Origin: the human T2T-CHM13v2.0 reference genome, Homo sapiens
NCBI RefSeq assembly: GCF_009914755.1
Contig: NC_060934.1
Direction: 5' to 3' (one strand)
Length of the DNA: 64,000 nucleotides
In this document: positions 17,863 through 31,750 of the stretch, one piece after another
Numbering within the stretch: the stretch's first letter is position 1
How the letters are laid out: every line of letters starts with the position of its first letter
Translations under genes and position numbers: made by a program
Notes under the pieces: generated by a model
The model's database searches: none
What the model was told of the DNA's origin: nothing
The model's input: the letters and a program-made list of their open reading frames with translations, nothing else

Positions 17863-18652
17863 TATATATATACACACACACACACATATATACATATATA
17901 TACGGAGGTGTGTGGGCACATGTCTGTGGTCCCAGCTATTCAGGAGTCTGAGGTGGGAGGATTACCTGAGCCCAGGGAGGTTGAGGCTGCAGTGAACTGT
18001 GAGTACACCACTGCACTCCAGCCTGGGCAAAAGAATGAGATCTCATTTCAATAATAATAATAAAAATAATAATAATAAATAAGCATAAACTTATTATATA
18101 ACCCAGAAATTTTATTCCTAGGTATGTGTTCTTGAGAAATAAAAACATATGTTCATACAAAACCTTCACGTAAATATTTGAAGCAACTGTATTCATAATA
18201 GTTAGAAACTAGAAGCAACACAACTATCAATCAACTGGTAAATAAATAAAAAATCATGTTGTAGCTATAGTTAGTATGTTGAAACCATTGAGTGTTGCTA
18301 GAACATGGATAAATCACAAAAGTATTATGCTAAAAGACACAAAAGACTATAAAGTATATGAATCTATTTATATAAAATTTTAGGAAAGGCAGAATTACAG
18401 GAACAGAAAGTAGATTAGTGTTTTCCAGGGCCTCTGGATGCAAAGAGTGTGTTGATTATAAAAGGGGAGGAGAAAACTTTTTGGGGACGTGGAAATATAT
18501 TTATTATGGTGGTTGGTGGTGGTTTATATATTTTTATTTTGGTGGTTGTTACATGACCTTATATATTTTCTGAAACTCATCAAACTGCACCCATTAAAAG
18601 GGTAAGTTTTACTGTACGTAAAATTTACCTCCATAAGCTTGACTTAAAAAAT
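17625..18652 (+). mobile_element. L1MD/L1ME-type 3' fragment containing an Alu
   Basis: aaagttaaacataaa...ctaggtat...; 3' end aaatttacctccataagcttgacttaaaaaa. Confidence 0.65.
17657..18079 (+). mobile_element. AluJ-like with expanded compound microsatellite in the middle linker
   Basis: J-type ttgagcccgggagtttgag and gaggttgaggctgcagtga; (A)n(TA)n(CA)n at 17774-17902; (ATA)n tail. Confidence 0.85.
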
Positions 18653-19099
18653 AAATGCATGAAGGAAAGCAATAGTGTAACAGCACTGGAAAAAATCTAA
18701 AGGAGAGAAATTATGAAACAAAGATGTTATGTCTAGCCAAACTATTCTTCAAATAGTAAGAATACATAAAAACCATTTTAATGATTGAAGAATTTAAGGA
18801 CTATTATATCCACAAGCCCTGCTTAAGGAATCTACCAGAGGATAAGCATCTAACCAAGAGACTATTGGGGAAACTGTAGAAAAGAGGTTATTGTGAGTAT
18901 TAATTGTAGATTTATCAAACGCAAAGATGAGGGAGGAAGAATACTATATAATTTTTATTTGTCTTCATAAGGTAGAAATAGTGCAACTAAAAAGTGGAAG
19001 GAGAAGGAAGAGACAAAGAAGAAAATGGTCTAATGTTAGTGAAATCAGCACATACCAGTATCTATGAGGTAAGTTTAAAGTTGTAATCAGATAAAAATA

Positions 19100-19440
19100 T
19101 TTAGCCTAAAACAAATATGTCTGGTATTTTTTCAAAATGAAACATATGAAGGATAAATAGAAACTAATGAGTTTGATTACCTATAGGATATGGGTGAGAA
19201 TGGGGTTGAATGGATGAAGAGTTAGCACTTCTCTCAGTATTTCTATTTTTTGCATAGTTTTAAATTTTGGTATTATATTAATGTTTTACTTACCTAAAAT
19301 ATAAAATAATATCAAAAAGGATAGGTAAAATATCCTAAAATGGAATATAATCAAGAAAAAAATGAGCCTATCTCTAATAAATAACATAATCAGACTGAAG
19401 TGTGGGTGAAGGATGGGAGAATAAACCAATTTACCTTTAT
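19100..19440 (+). mobile_element. L1MC-like 3' region fragment (further pieces at ~20161-20260 and ~25370-25810)
   Basis: Recalled L1MC4/5 3'UTR similarity (gttacct...cacttctctcagtat; gagtagaatgccaact; gtaactacagagaaaaatagtaactt). Confidence 0.55.
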
Positions 19441-19554
19441 ACACAGTATTTTATTTATACTGTGAAAGCATAATTTCTACCTTGTGAAGACAAAATACAC
19501 TTATAGTCCTTAAGTACTGATTTCACAGTATTTTATTTATACTGTCTTTAAAGG

Positions 19555-20033
19555 TGTAAGAATTAAAGAAAGAGGAAGGAAACATGAAAAGCAGCTTCAC
19601 TGTTAAAGATAGGTTTATTTTGGAAAATAAACCTGAGTGGGGCTTCTGGCTGAGTTAGGTCAGAGGCACTCTCTTTTACAGACTAAGAGTTTTTAAGGAT
19701 TCAGGGCAGGAGAGTTTATCAGAGGCTTGGATTACTTCTGTGTCTCTTTGTTGTGCTTATCTGGGAGGGAGAGTTTTGTGTCTGTTCCCATACATCTTCA
19801 TGCAGCTGCAGGCATACCCACCGAGTCTGCTTTTAGCTCCTATCTATCTTAGCGCACCTGAAGGGAAAGGAATGTGCTTATTATGGCCCAGTGTTTTACT
19901 GGGGCCCACTGTATGAAGGTGAAGTTTGGCAGTTACCCAAGAGACTTCCCCCCTGCTCCCTCTGTGCCTGAGTTGTCTTATCTGTGTTTTACTGTCTGCC
20001 CTTTCTGGCTGCTTGTTGTTAAAAGAGAAATGA
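19555..20033 (-). mobile_element. ERV1-class LTR, 5'-truncated (family tentative, LTR10-like)
   Basis: tgtaagaattaaagaaagagg terminus (...TACA on minus) with minus-strand AATAAA ~60 nt inside. Confidence 0.65.
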
Positions 20034-21979
20034 TAGGGTAGTGAAAGTCTCTCTTCACTATGCACTTTCTAGACTCCTGACTACAGGTATGTGTAACTAT
20101 AACAAAACGGTTGTTGTTTTATGCCTCTAATCTTGGAGTGTTTTGCTATGTGGCAATAGGGCCAGGACAGGGGAATAAAGACAAGCTCTTCTTCAGAGTA
20201 GAATGCCAACTAAGAAATATAGACAGAAAGGTAGAGTTAGAAAATCAGCATTTGGCAGTCTATAGACCCTACAAAGCAACCACACAATAGAAACTACAGA
20301 GCAATTAGCTAGTAACTTCATGATAGAACCAAAGCTCACATATTAATATTAACCCTAAATGCAAATGGTCTAAACATCCCCACTTAAAAGGCACAGACCA
20401 TATAGTTGGATTAAAAAAAAAAAGACCTATCTGTTTGCTTTGTTCAAGAGAGCCATCTCACATGTAATGAGACCAATAGGCTTAAAGTAAAGAGCTGGAG
20501 AGAGATCTACTAAGCTAATGGAAAACAAAAAAGAGCAGGGATTGCTATTCTTATATCAAAAAAACCAGACTTTAAGCCAACAACAGTTAAAAAGGACAAA
20601 GAAGGAAACTATATAATGATAAAAGGTTCAATTCAACCGGAAGATTTAATTGCCCTAAATATATACATACCCAACATTGGAGCACCAGATTCTTAAAACA
20701 ACTACTTATAGAATTATAAAAAGACTTAGACAAATGCACAATATTAATGGGGGACTTCAATACCCCACTGACACCATTAGACAGATCATCGAGGCAGAAA
20801 ACCTACATGTATATTCTGGACATAAGTTTGACACATGACCAATTGAACCTAACAGATATCTATAGAATACTCCACACCCATCAACCGCAGAATATACATT
20901 CTTGCCATCTGTACATAGAATACTCTAAAATCAACCACATGCTCAGCCATACAGCATGTGTCAATAAATTCAAAAAAATCAAAATCATATCAAGCATACT
21001 CTTGGACCACAGTGAAATAAAAACACTAATCAATACCAAGAGGATCTCTTAAAACCCCAAAATTACATGGAAATTAAACAACTTACTCCTGAAGCCAATA
21101 AAGTTAAGGCAGGAATAAAAAAATTCTTTGAAATAAATGAAAACAGAGACAAAACATAAAAATCTCTGCGATGCAGTAAAAGCAGTGTTAAGAGGAAAGT
21201 TTATAGTACTAAACACCTACCTAGGAAACTTAGATCTCAAATAAATCATCTAACATCACACCTAGAGGAGCTAGAAAAACAGGAACAAATGAACCCCAAA
21301 GCTAGCAGAAGAAAAGAAATAACTAAAATCAGAGTAGAACTCAATGAAACTTAGATCCGAACATCCATACAAAGAATCAACAAAACCCAAAGTTGGTTCT
21401 TTAAAAGGTTAAACAAGATTGACAGACTGATAGCTAGTTTAACAAAGGAAAAAGAGGAGATCCAAATAAGCACAATCAGATATGACAAAGGTGACATTGC
21501 AACCAATCCCACAGAAATACAAAAGATTCCTAGAGACTATTATGAACACTTCTATGCACACAGGCTAGAAAATCTAGAGGAGATAGATAAATTCCTGGAA
21601 ACAAAACATTCCAGGATAAAATCAGAAAGAAATTAAAACCCTGACCAGACCAACATGAAGTTCTGAAATTGAATAATTAATACAAAACCTACTAACCAAA
21701 GAAAGCCATGGACCAGATGGATTTACAACCACATTTTACCAGATGTATGAATAAAAACTGGTACCAATTCTACTGAAACTATTCCAAAAAACCAAGAAGG
21801 AGGGACTCCTCTCTAACTCATTTTATGAAGCAATCATCACCTTCATACCGAAACCTGGCAAAGACACAATGAAAAAAGAAAACTACAGGCCAATATCCCT
21901 AACACAGGGATAGATACAAAAATTCTCTACAAAATACTAGCAAACCAAATCCTGCAGCACATCAAAAAGTTAATTCACC

Positions 21980-22306
<327 letters not shown>

Positions 22307-22723
22307 TCATTCCTGGGATACAAGATTGGCTCAACATACACAATAAATATGATTCACCACATAAACAGACTTAAAAGCCAAAACCATATGATCATCTCAA
22401 TAGACACAGAAAAATATTTTGAAAAAATCCAACATCTCTTTATGATAAAAACCCTCAAGAGACTATGTATCAAAGGAGCATACCTCAAAATAATTACAGC
22501 TATCTACGACAAACCCACAGCCAATGTGATGCTAATGGGGCAAAAGTTGGAAGCATCCCCCTTGAGAACTGTAACAAGAAAATGATGCCCAGTCTCACCC
22601 CTCCTATTTAACTTAATACTAGAAGTGCCAGCCAGAGCAATCAGGCAAGAGAAATAAATAAAAGGCATCTAAAATAGGAAAAGAAGAAGTTGAACTATCT
22701 CTTTTCACTGATAATATAATTCT

Positions 22724-23014
22724 TTTTTTTTGGAGATAGAGTCTCGCTCTGTCGCCAGGCTGAGTGCAGTAGTGCAATCTCGGCTCACTGCAACTTCTGC
22801 CTTCTGGGTTCAAATGATTATTTTCATCAGCCTCCCAAGTACCTGGGACTACAGGTGCATGCCACCATGCCCAGCATGCATAACTTTTGTGTTTTTAGTA
22901 GAGATGGGGTTTCACCATGTTGGCCAGGATGGTCTCGATTTCCTGACCTCGTGATCTGTCCACCTTGGCCTCCCAAACTGCTGGAATTACAGGTGTGAGC
23001 CACCATGTCCGGCC
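22724..23014 (-). mobile_element. Alu (AluS, Sc-like) in L1
   Basis: TSD tgataatataattct at 22709-22723 and 23015-23029. Confidence 0.9.
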
Positions 23015-24300
23015 TGATAATATAATTCTATACTTAGAAATCCGCTGGAACTGATAAACAACTTCAGTAAAGTTTCAGGATACCAAATCAATGTACAAGA
23101 ATCAGTAGCATTTCTATACACTAATAATGCTCAATCTGAGAGCCAAATCAAGAACACAGTCTCATTTACAATAGACACACATACACACACACACACTCAC
23201 ACCAAGGAATATATCTAACAAAGGAAGTGAAAGATTTCTACAAGGAGAACTACAAAACACTGCTGAAATAAATCATAGATGACACACAACAACAACAACA
23301 AAAAACATTCCATGGCTCATATAGAAAGAATTAATTTCATTAAAATGGCCATCTTGCCTAAAGCAGTCTACATATTCAATGCCATTCCTATTAAATTACA
23401 AATGTTATTTTTCACAGAATTAGAAAAAGCTATTCTGAAATTCATATGGAACCAATAAAAAGCCTAAATAGCCAAAGCATTCTTAAGCAAAAATAATAAA
23501 GCCGGAGGCATCACATTACCCAACTTCAAACTAACCAGTAAGGCTACAATAACCAAAATAACATGACACTGTTATAAAAACAGACAACACATAGACCAAT
23601 GGAAGAGAATAGAGAACACAGAAATAAAACCACAAATATACAGCCATATGATCTTTGATAAAGTTGACAAAAATAAGCAAGGGGGAAGGACTCCTTATTC
23701 AATAAACAGTGCTGGGATAGCTGGCTAGCCATATGCAGAAGAATGAAACGGGGACCCCACCTTTCACTTTATACAAAGTTAACTCAAGATGGATTAAAGA
23801 TTTAAATGTAAGACCTCAAACTGTAAGAACCCTAGAATAAAACCTAGGTCTGGACTTTGGGCTTGGCAAAAAATTTATGACTAAGTCCTCAAAGGCAACT
23901 GCAACAAAAACAAAAGTTGACAAGTAACCCAATTAAACTAAAGAGCTTCTGCACAGCAAAAGAAATTATCAACAGAATAAAGAGACAACCTATAGAATGA
24001 GAGAAAATATTTGGGAAGCATGCATCCAACAAAGGTCCAATACCCAGAATCTATAAGGAAGTTAAACAATACAAGCCCAAAACAAATAACCCCATTAAAA
24101 ATGGGTGAAAGATATGCACAGACACTTACCAAAAGAAGACATACAAGTAGCTGACAAACATATGAAAAATGCTCAGCATCACCAGTCATCAGAGAAATGT
24201 AAATCAAAACCACAATGAGATACCATCTTATACCAGATAGAATGGCTACTAGCAAAAAGCCAAAAAACAACAGATGCTGGCAAGGCTGTGGAAAAAAAGG

Positions 24301-24439
24301 GAACTCTTATACACTGCTGGTGGAATGTTAAGTTAGTTCAGCCACTGTGGAAAGCAGTTTGAAGATTTCTGAACTCTTATACACTGCTGGTGGAATGTAA
24401 GTTAGTTCAGCCACTGTGGAAAGCAGTTTGAAGATTTCT
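24301..24439 (+). repeat. 70-bp tandem duplication within L1
   Basis: gaactcttatacactg...gaagatttct twice, differing by one T. Confidence 0.95.
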
Positions 24440-25814
24440 CAAAGAACTTAGAACTACCATTCGACCCAGCAATCCCATTACTGGGTATATATCCAGAATA
24501 AAACAAATTATTCTACAACATGCATTTGTATGTTCATTGCGGCACTATTCACAATATCAAAGACATGGGATCAATCTAGGTACTCATCAATGTTCAGTTG
24601 GATGAAGAAAATGTGGAACATATAAACCATGGAATACTACATAGCCATAAAAAATCATGTTCTTTGCAGCAACATGGATAACATTGGATGACATTAGGGT
24701 AACATTAATTATCCTATGCAAATAACTTCAGGAACAAAACACCAAATACTGCATATTCTCACTCATAAGTGGGAGCTAAACATTGGGTACTTATGGACAT
24801 AAAGATGCACTAATAAATAGATACTGGGGACGTCTAGAGGCAGAGGGAGGAAAGGAGTCAAAGGTTGAAAAACTATTGGGCATTATGCTCAGTACCTGGG
24901 TGATGAGAGCATTGCTAAACCAAACACCAGCATCAGGTGATATACCCATGTAACAAACCTGCACGTGTACCCCTTAAATCTAAAATAAAAGTTGAAAGGG
25001 AAAAATATTTTGATACTGCCAAATTGCCTCCAAAAAGTTTTTATCTATGTTATAGCTGTAGCAGTAAAGATGTAGTTATGAAAGTATAAAAACACAAAGA
25101 TTTTCTGTTTTTGAAAATCCTGCCACAGAATGTTATTATTCTTTTTCTTTGCAAATTTGCTTGATGAAAACATATGCTTCATTGTTTTAATTTGGACGTT
25201 TTCAATTAGGAGAGAGCTAGAATTTTTTGGTGAAGTTATTGGTCATTTGTAAGTCTTACTTTCTTAATTGTTATTCAATCTCTTTGGCTATTTTTCTTCA
25301 ATCCATTATATTCTAAAGAAATATAGGTAAGTATTGAATGCCAATAAACTTTTCATACATCAAAAATATATATTTAGAAAGCACCAGAAACATAAATGAT
25401 TCAGGATTGCATTATCACAGGATGCTAAAACCAGTAAGGGAACGTTTGTTAATACCTCCCCCTACCTCCACACATACCCTAGTATCTCCCTACAAAATAC
25501 TTAGTAACTACAGAGAAAAATAGTAACTTTAGGAGGAGAATACTGGCATATATCATCTTAACCATGCAATTAAAGTTAACATTACAGGTAATGGAACAAC
25601 CCAATATCATGAACCCTTAACATGATGTACTGAAGAGGACATAACATAATTTTTGTAGCATTTTTGCCAAAAATATGTAAACTGAATATGATCATGAGGA
25701 AACATCAGACAGACCCTTACTTTGGCACCTTCTGCAAAACAGCTGATTGGTACTCCTAATATCATTATAAAAAACAAAAAAGACTGCGGGACTTCTGATT
25801 AAAAACACAAACCA

Positions 25815-26128
<314 letters not shown>

Positions 26129-26229
26129 CTAAATGCAATACATGATTCTGAGTCAGAAAATAATTTAAACCATTTCTGAAGTTAAAAACAGCACAAGACT
26201 GAAGTAGTAGAAAATATTACATGGCTTAT

Positions 26230-27370
26230 TCAACAACAGTGGTTTTGTATTCATTGAAAATACACCTTAAAAATTTAAAAATCAACATATAGTAAAACCG
26301 TAAGAAGAAATTAATATAGATACTAAGTAGGAGATTTTGAAATTGAGAGACCAAAACTAAAGGCTATAGAAGTTTTGAATAACATAATTAACAATTATTA
26401 TTTAATAATAAACATACCGAACCCTGAACCCAACATATGGACACACACACGCGTATGTTTACTGCAGCACTATTCACAATAGCAAAGACTTGGAATCAAC
26501 CCAAATGTCCATCAATGATAGACTGGATTAAGAAAATGTGTCACATATACACCACGGAATACTATGCAGCCATAAAAAAGGATGAGTTCATGTCCTTTGC
26601 AGGGACATGGATGAAGCTGGAAACCATCATTCTCAGCAAACTATCACAAGGACAGAAAAACAAACACCACATGTTCTCACTCATAGATGGGAATTGAACA
26701 ATGAGATCACTTAGACACAGGGCAGGGAACATCACATAACACGGTCTGTCAGGGGGTGGGGGGCATGGGGAGGGATAGCATTAGTAGAAATACCTAATGT
26801 AAATGATGAGTTGATGGGTGCAGCACACCAACATGGCACATTTATACCTATGTATCAAACCTGCACATTGTGCACATGTACCCTAGAACTTAAGGTATAA
26901 TTTAAAAACACAAAAAGAAAATTCACATCTTTTTAAGCAAACATAAAACAGGTGTTGAAAAATTGGTAACATTCTAGGCAATAAAGGAAGTCTCAACAAA
27001 TTCCAAAGCATATTACACTAATAACAATTTTTAAACACAATGTAATAAATCAGAAATTAATTTTTAAAAATAGCCCAAGTAATAACTTCCCCCAGAGCCA
27101 AATATTGGAAACTGAGGAACACAATTCTAAATACTTAATGGGTTAAAGAAGAAAGCTTAATGGAAGTTATGAAATATTTAACACGGACTAGAAATGAGAA
27201 CGCAGCTTAAATGAGAATGTAGCTGGAAAGGTATTTGTGGAGGATCTTTATAGATTTAAAACACATATATGAAAACAAGAAAAACTGAAAATTCAGAAAC
27301 TAAGCATTCAACTGAAAGAAGACTGTGAATAACAATAAAATATCCTCGGAAAGAAAGAAGTGTAGAAAAG
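26230..27370 (+). mobile_element. Ancient L1M ORF2 fragment, split by an L1PA 3' piece
   Basis: Degenerate EN-region sequence (gtaggagatttt; accctgaacccaaca|...aattcacatctttt; agtctcaacaaattcc). Confidence 0.5.
26437..26915 (+). mobile_element. L1PA (PA5-PA7-like) 5'-truncated 3' fragment
   Basis: ORF2 C-term MFTAALFTIAKTWNQPKCPS...; primate 3'UTR and A-rich tail. Confidence 0.9.
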
Positions 27371-28619
27371 CATGAAATGAAACTCACAGAAATGTGGAGA
27401 GGGTTGGGATTAACTTCAGTTGTATCAAGGGGGCTCAAGCCATGTTTAGCCAAATTGATGGATGAGGATGTGTGTTGACATCTGTTTTATTTAATAATAA
27501 TATCTATTGAGACATTTTCTGTGCTTGACTAGATAGTGAGCTTTGTGATTACACCTGCCGGGCAAGGGCACTACAGCTCATTCCCTTGGTCAGAGCCCTG
27601 AAAAACCGTGCTTTTCCCCACTCTGCTAGCTTGCTATTGCATAATTTTATCCATCATTTCTTACTGTTTCCTATGAGTGTGTTGACTCTGGACTTCGATA
27701 TAAAAGTAGATTTTTACCTTCTCTGAATAATGTGTTCTGAAAATTTACCATTAGATTTTCTCCAAATGAATGTTTATACGTCCATGACCAACCGTATGTA
27801 AACTCAAACATATGAGGCTAAATTGATGCTCCTATAAATTTTGCCACCAGAGACCAAGAATATCCCTTGCCATTTAGAATTCTTGATTTACAAACCTATC
27901 TTGTGACAAATCTACTGTCTTTAAAATAATGAATATTTAGATTTTATATTATAATTTAAACTGAGTAGCATTTGCTTTTGCAGCTGAGAGCATTATTGTA
28001 ATAAAAATAATTTGTTTCCAAAAGTTTATTTCAGCATTGGATTTCTCTGTAATTTCAGTGACTGAGGGAATACATCAAACCAGATGTTATGTTCCAGTCA
28101 GTTATTACCTTTTATAGGTAACTGTTTCTAGTACATAAAGAATGAATAAATCAACCAAATCAATATATATTTATTTACCAGGGCTATGTTTTCACTACTG
28201 TTCAAAAATGTATTATCTAGCACTTTTGCCTAAGACTCTGAGAATATTGTTTCCCTCTGTGTTTTCTGATATCATCTGGAAAAATAAAAACCAGAAGCAA
28301 ACATAATTCTGTCATTCTATTTTTGTTGGAAGCAAGGCAGTTATTATTTGGTTTGGGGAAAATAAAGGCAGCATTTCAGATTTGGAAAATATCCCAGACT
28401 TAAAAATAATGTTTGATAGTGTGAAGAGCAGTGCCAGTGTGGCATCTTCTCCTGTCTAGGCAGAATGAGCCAGATCATTTGCAGTTAGACTTTCTCTCCT
28501 CATGTAGTCAAATAAATCCTATACATTTGTGGAGGTAATTGTAAAGACATTGAAAACTAATGACAGAAAAAAACCACATTTTGACTGTATGCTGTTAGAA
28601 ATGAACTCTTTAAAAGAAT

Positions 28620-28830
28620 CAGTATGGTATGGTGAGTGGTTAAAAGTTCGCCTTCCAAATCAGGCACTTGAATTTGAATCCATCTCCGATTCTTAACAGC
28701 TCAATGACGTTACTTTGCAAATCTCTAAAATGGGAGTGATAATAGTATCCAAGTGATTTGCATGTTGTGAAAATTTAATGAGACAAATATAATTTATAAG
28801 ACTTTGAGCTCTGCGCCTGACTCACGAGTG
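28620..28830 (+). mobile_element. MIR SINE
   Basis: gagtggttaaaag...tttgaatccc...aaaatgggagtgataatagta. Confidence 0.6.
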
Positions 28831-29479
28831 AACTCCTCTCTTCCCTAAAGAAAAGACTAGCACAGAAATTAAAAAAGAAAAAATAGAATTGTTTTACAAT
28901 TTATGTAAAGAATCCAGGATTTGAAAATTATTGGCAAGTTTGAAAAAAAAAAAAAAAAAGCAATCAAGTTGCTACCAGGGGCAGCATAGGGACTAGCGGT
29001 GTTTGGCTTTGAGAAAAAAAAAAAAAGTCACTGAAGGGAGTCATTGAAGGGAATCAGAGACATCTATGTATAGCCAAATGTTGAAAATGACTATGGTCTC
29101 CTATGGGCCATTGCCATGAAGGGTGTTCTGTGTATCTGAATTAAGCCCCAGCTCCTCCTTCCTTGCCTTGATATGCAAGGCTCCCATATGTAAGACCAGC
29201 TTAGACGTTGCACTATCACCACGGCTTCTGCATATAACCAAAGCTATTGGTACACTGGAGTCACAAGTAGACTGCCCTGAAAAGATCTCACACTTTCTGG
29301 TCTGTGTTCCTGCTGTGCCCTTGAGTTTTTTGCTTCCTTTCTTTCCATTCTCTTGAGAATTCCAACCATCCTCCATGTTCCATCTAAAAGCTACCTTCTC
29401 CTTTCCAGATTCTGACAATAAGATGTTTTTTAATTCCTGTAGCACTTTCTTGGTACTTCTTTCATAGCACCTACGTTAT

Positions 29480-29870
29480 TCATCTTGGATTATACCTATT
29501 GAAATTGTCTCATCGCTCCTTCTGAAATCGTAAGCAACTTGTAGGCAGAGATGGTCTTACTTATTTTTGTTTCCCCCAGCATGGTACCCCACACATAGTA
29601 GACACTAAATAAACAGTTGTTGATAGGACAATCGTACCACAGATGTATTTATGAATGGACCACTAATGTGATCCAGCATGGCCTTTTTTATGATTACATA
29701 ACAATAAAAGCTACATCAAATGTTTATTAAGTATTTACATGTACCAGGCATGGGCTAGATTCTGCGAACAAGATTGGCTTCATTCTTTCTCTCCTGTGGT
29801 TTACAGTCTAATAGGGAAAACAGATTTTAGACAATTCATTAGAACTGATGTGTTAGGAATGAGGTAGGAA
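29480..29870. mobile_element. L2 3'-end fragments in both orientations
   Basis: cacatagtagacactaaataaacagttgttg; caaatgtttattaagtatttacatgtaccaggca. Confidence 0.5.
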
Positions 29871-30889
29871 GAGAAAGGCTCTAATTAAATAGCTCATTTC
29901 TCAGAAAGAAACTATTGTTCCTACTGAAAAGTTAAATGGATTAGTTTCCAAATCCTGAAAGTCCTAGAACTGTGACTGATTTAGGTGTGAAGCCACAATA
30001 TGCCATAGGGGCCAGGGAAGCTGCTCTGTGCATTAGGAGAAAGAGGTTGCCTGTAAATTCAGATTCACTAATGAAAGAGATGGGTTGAAAAGTAAGGATC
30101 GTTAGCTGGCTGAAGCAATGCACTAATGCAGTGTAAAATATACTGAGGTCTGCCAGTTATGATCCCCTTGGCTGGCATAAAGCTGGCATAAAGCTTGAGT
30201 TATTGTCTGTGACAAAAAGGGTAAAGTGATGTAGTAGCATTATATATGTTGTATACAAACATCGGCATATATACCCTGAATATATAGACAGATGTCTCCA
30301 TTTTATCTCATTCGTTTAATTTAACTTGATGTAAGTTTGTAGGACTTAAAGCACAGTAAATCATTTGAATGGTTTCAGGACAATTCTCTCAGAGCAATGT
30401 TATCTGTTTGGCTTAAAGCCACTCTGATTACTCCCAATACTTGGTAGAAAAAAATACTTAGCCAAATGTTCCTTATTCTCTTGAGATTCATTTTTCTGAA
30501 AGTAGACGGCAGAAAAACAGACTTTGAATAATATAATGGTACTTCAAGATTTTAATATTTAATTTCAATAGTTCTTCTAAATGGGGCAAGAATTTGGCCT
30601 GTGAACAAGAATTTGGCCTTTTGAATTTTCTTTCTATTTTACCTGAATTTATATTGACCCGCAAAAACCTGGAACATCCTCTGGGCAAGGTAAGATCTTG
30701 CTTTTATTTTTTAGTAGACATTAAAGCAAACATGATTAAGCAGCTAAAGTGCCAACTCAACTCATGTAGTTTTCCTTTCTGGAAGCTGCTAAAATATCTA
30801 TACAAAACTGCGGAAGCTTCTTTATATGCACAATTTGAAACAATAAAATGATGGAAGCATTTTGTCTATGTTACCCAGCTACCTTGAGT

Positions 30890-31150
30890 ACAGTATAAAG
30901 TAGTAGCTAAATACCCAAGTTCTGGAGTGAGAAAGATTTGCCTTCTAATTCTCCTCTACTGTTTATGAATTCTGTGAATTTGAGTAATTTGAGTTCAAGA
31001 AACTCAAAACCTCAGTTTCCTTGTTTGTAAAATGTAAGTGGTATTACTTACTTGATGGAGTTGTGAGGATTTAAAAGATCCAATGCATGAAAGTGCTTAG
31101 CATAGAGCCTCATACACAGTCAGTTCTCAACAAATGATAATGGCTATTAT
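30890..31150 (+). mobile_element. MIR SINE
   Basis: cctcagtttccttgtttgtaaaatg...gttgtgaggattta...aaagtgcttagca. Confidence 0.7.
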
Positions 31151-31294
31151 TATTAATCTCATCTTTATTAGCCTCTACTTCTCCCCCAGGAGGGTGCATT
31201 GAGTATACATTTAACAATGAAGAATAGTGAGAACACACACACTTTCTGTTCTCCAGAGTTCTAGAAGCAGTCAAATCACTAAAGAGTAATAGAT

Positions 31295-31750
31295 ATATCC
31301 ATCAGGATATTTTTGGTGACAGAAACCCAATTTAATCTACCTAAAGCAAAAATGGGATTTATTGGAAGGGCTATGAGTAGCTTGTATAACTCAAGAAAGT
31401 ACTATGGAAAACATTTACATCAGAAAATAAAACTGGAGTCTTGAAAATCACCAGGTACATCTCTGCCTATCTCTCATCTCTGTTTGTTAGCCTAATTTTT
31501 TCTATTATTGAGTAACCTTTTCCTTGCAGCGTAGATCATGGCCAGCGGAACTGTAGTCTAACAGCTTAGAAACCACCGAGGAAACAGAATATCTCTCTCT
31601 CAGCTTCTACTTGAAAAATTCTGGGGAAGGACTCTGGAATTGGCCAAGTTATCTCTTCTTGGACCAATCACTATAATTAGCGGTTGGGGTACTGTGATTG
31701 AGCTAACCAGGACCATGTGCCCATCTCTGTTACCTGAACCAGGTGTGCTA
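31295..31750 (-). mobile_element. Ancient MaLR (MLT1-type) LTR
   Basis: gtgacagaaaccca...aagcaaaaatgggatttattgg...ggaaggactctg...ggaccaatcact. Confidence 0.5.

Larger units (their letters stand above)
16730..19080 (+). mobile_element. Ancient L1 ORF1-like element (HAL1 or L1M 5' region), interrupted at ~17620-18655
   Basis: Degenerate ORF1-like sequence (agaaaaagtcctt...atttctcaaaa; ...ctagccaaactattcttcaaa) on both sides of the insertion. Confidence 0.55.

Noticed and set aside
30170-30620. Short direct repeats (gctggcataaa x2; caagaatttggcct x2)
   Set aside because: Ordinary slippage duplications of 11-19 bp.
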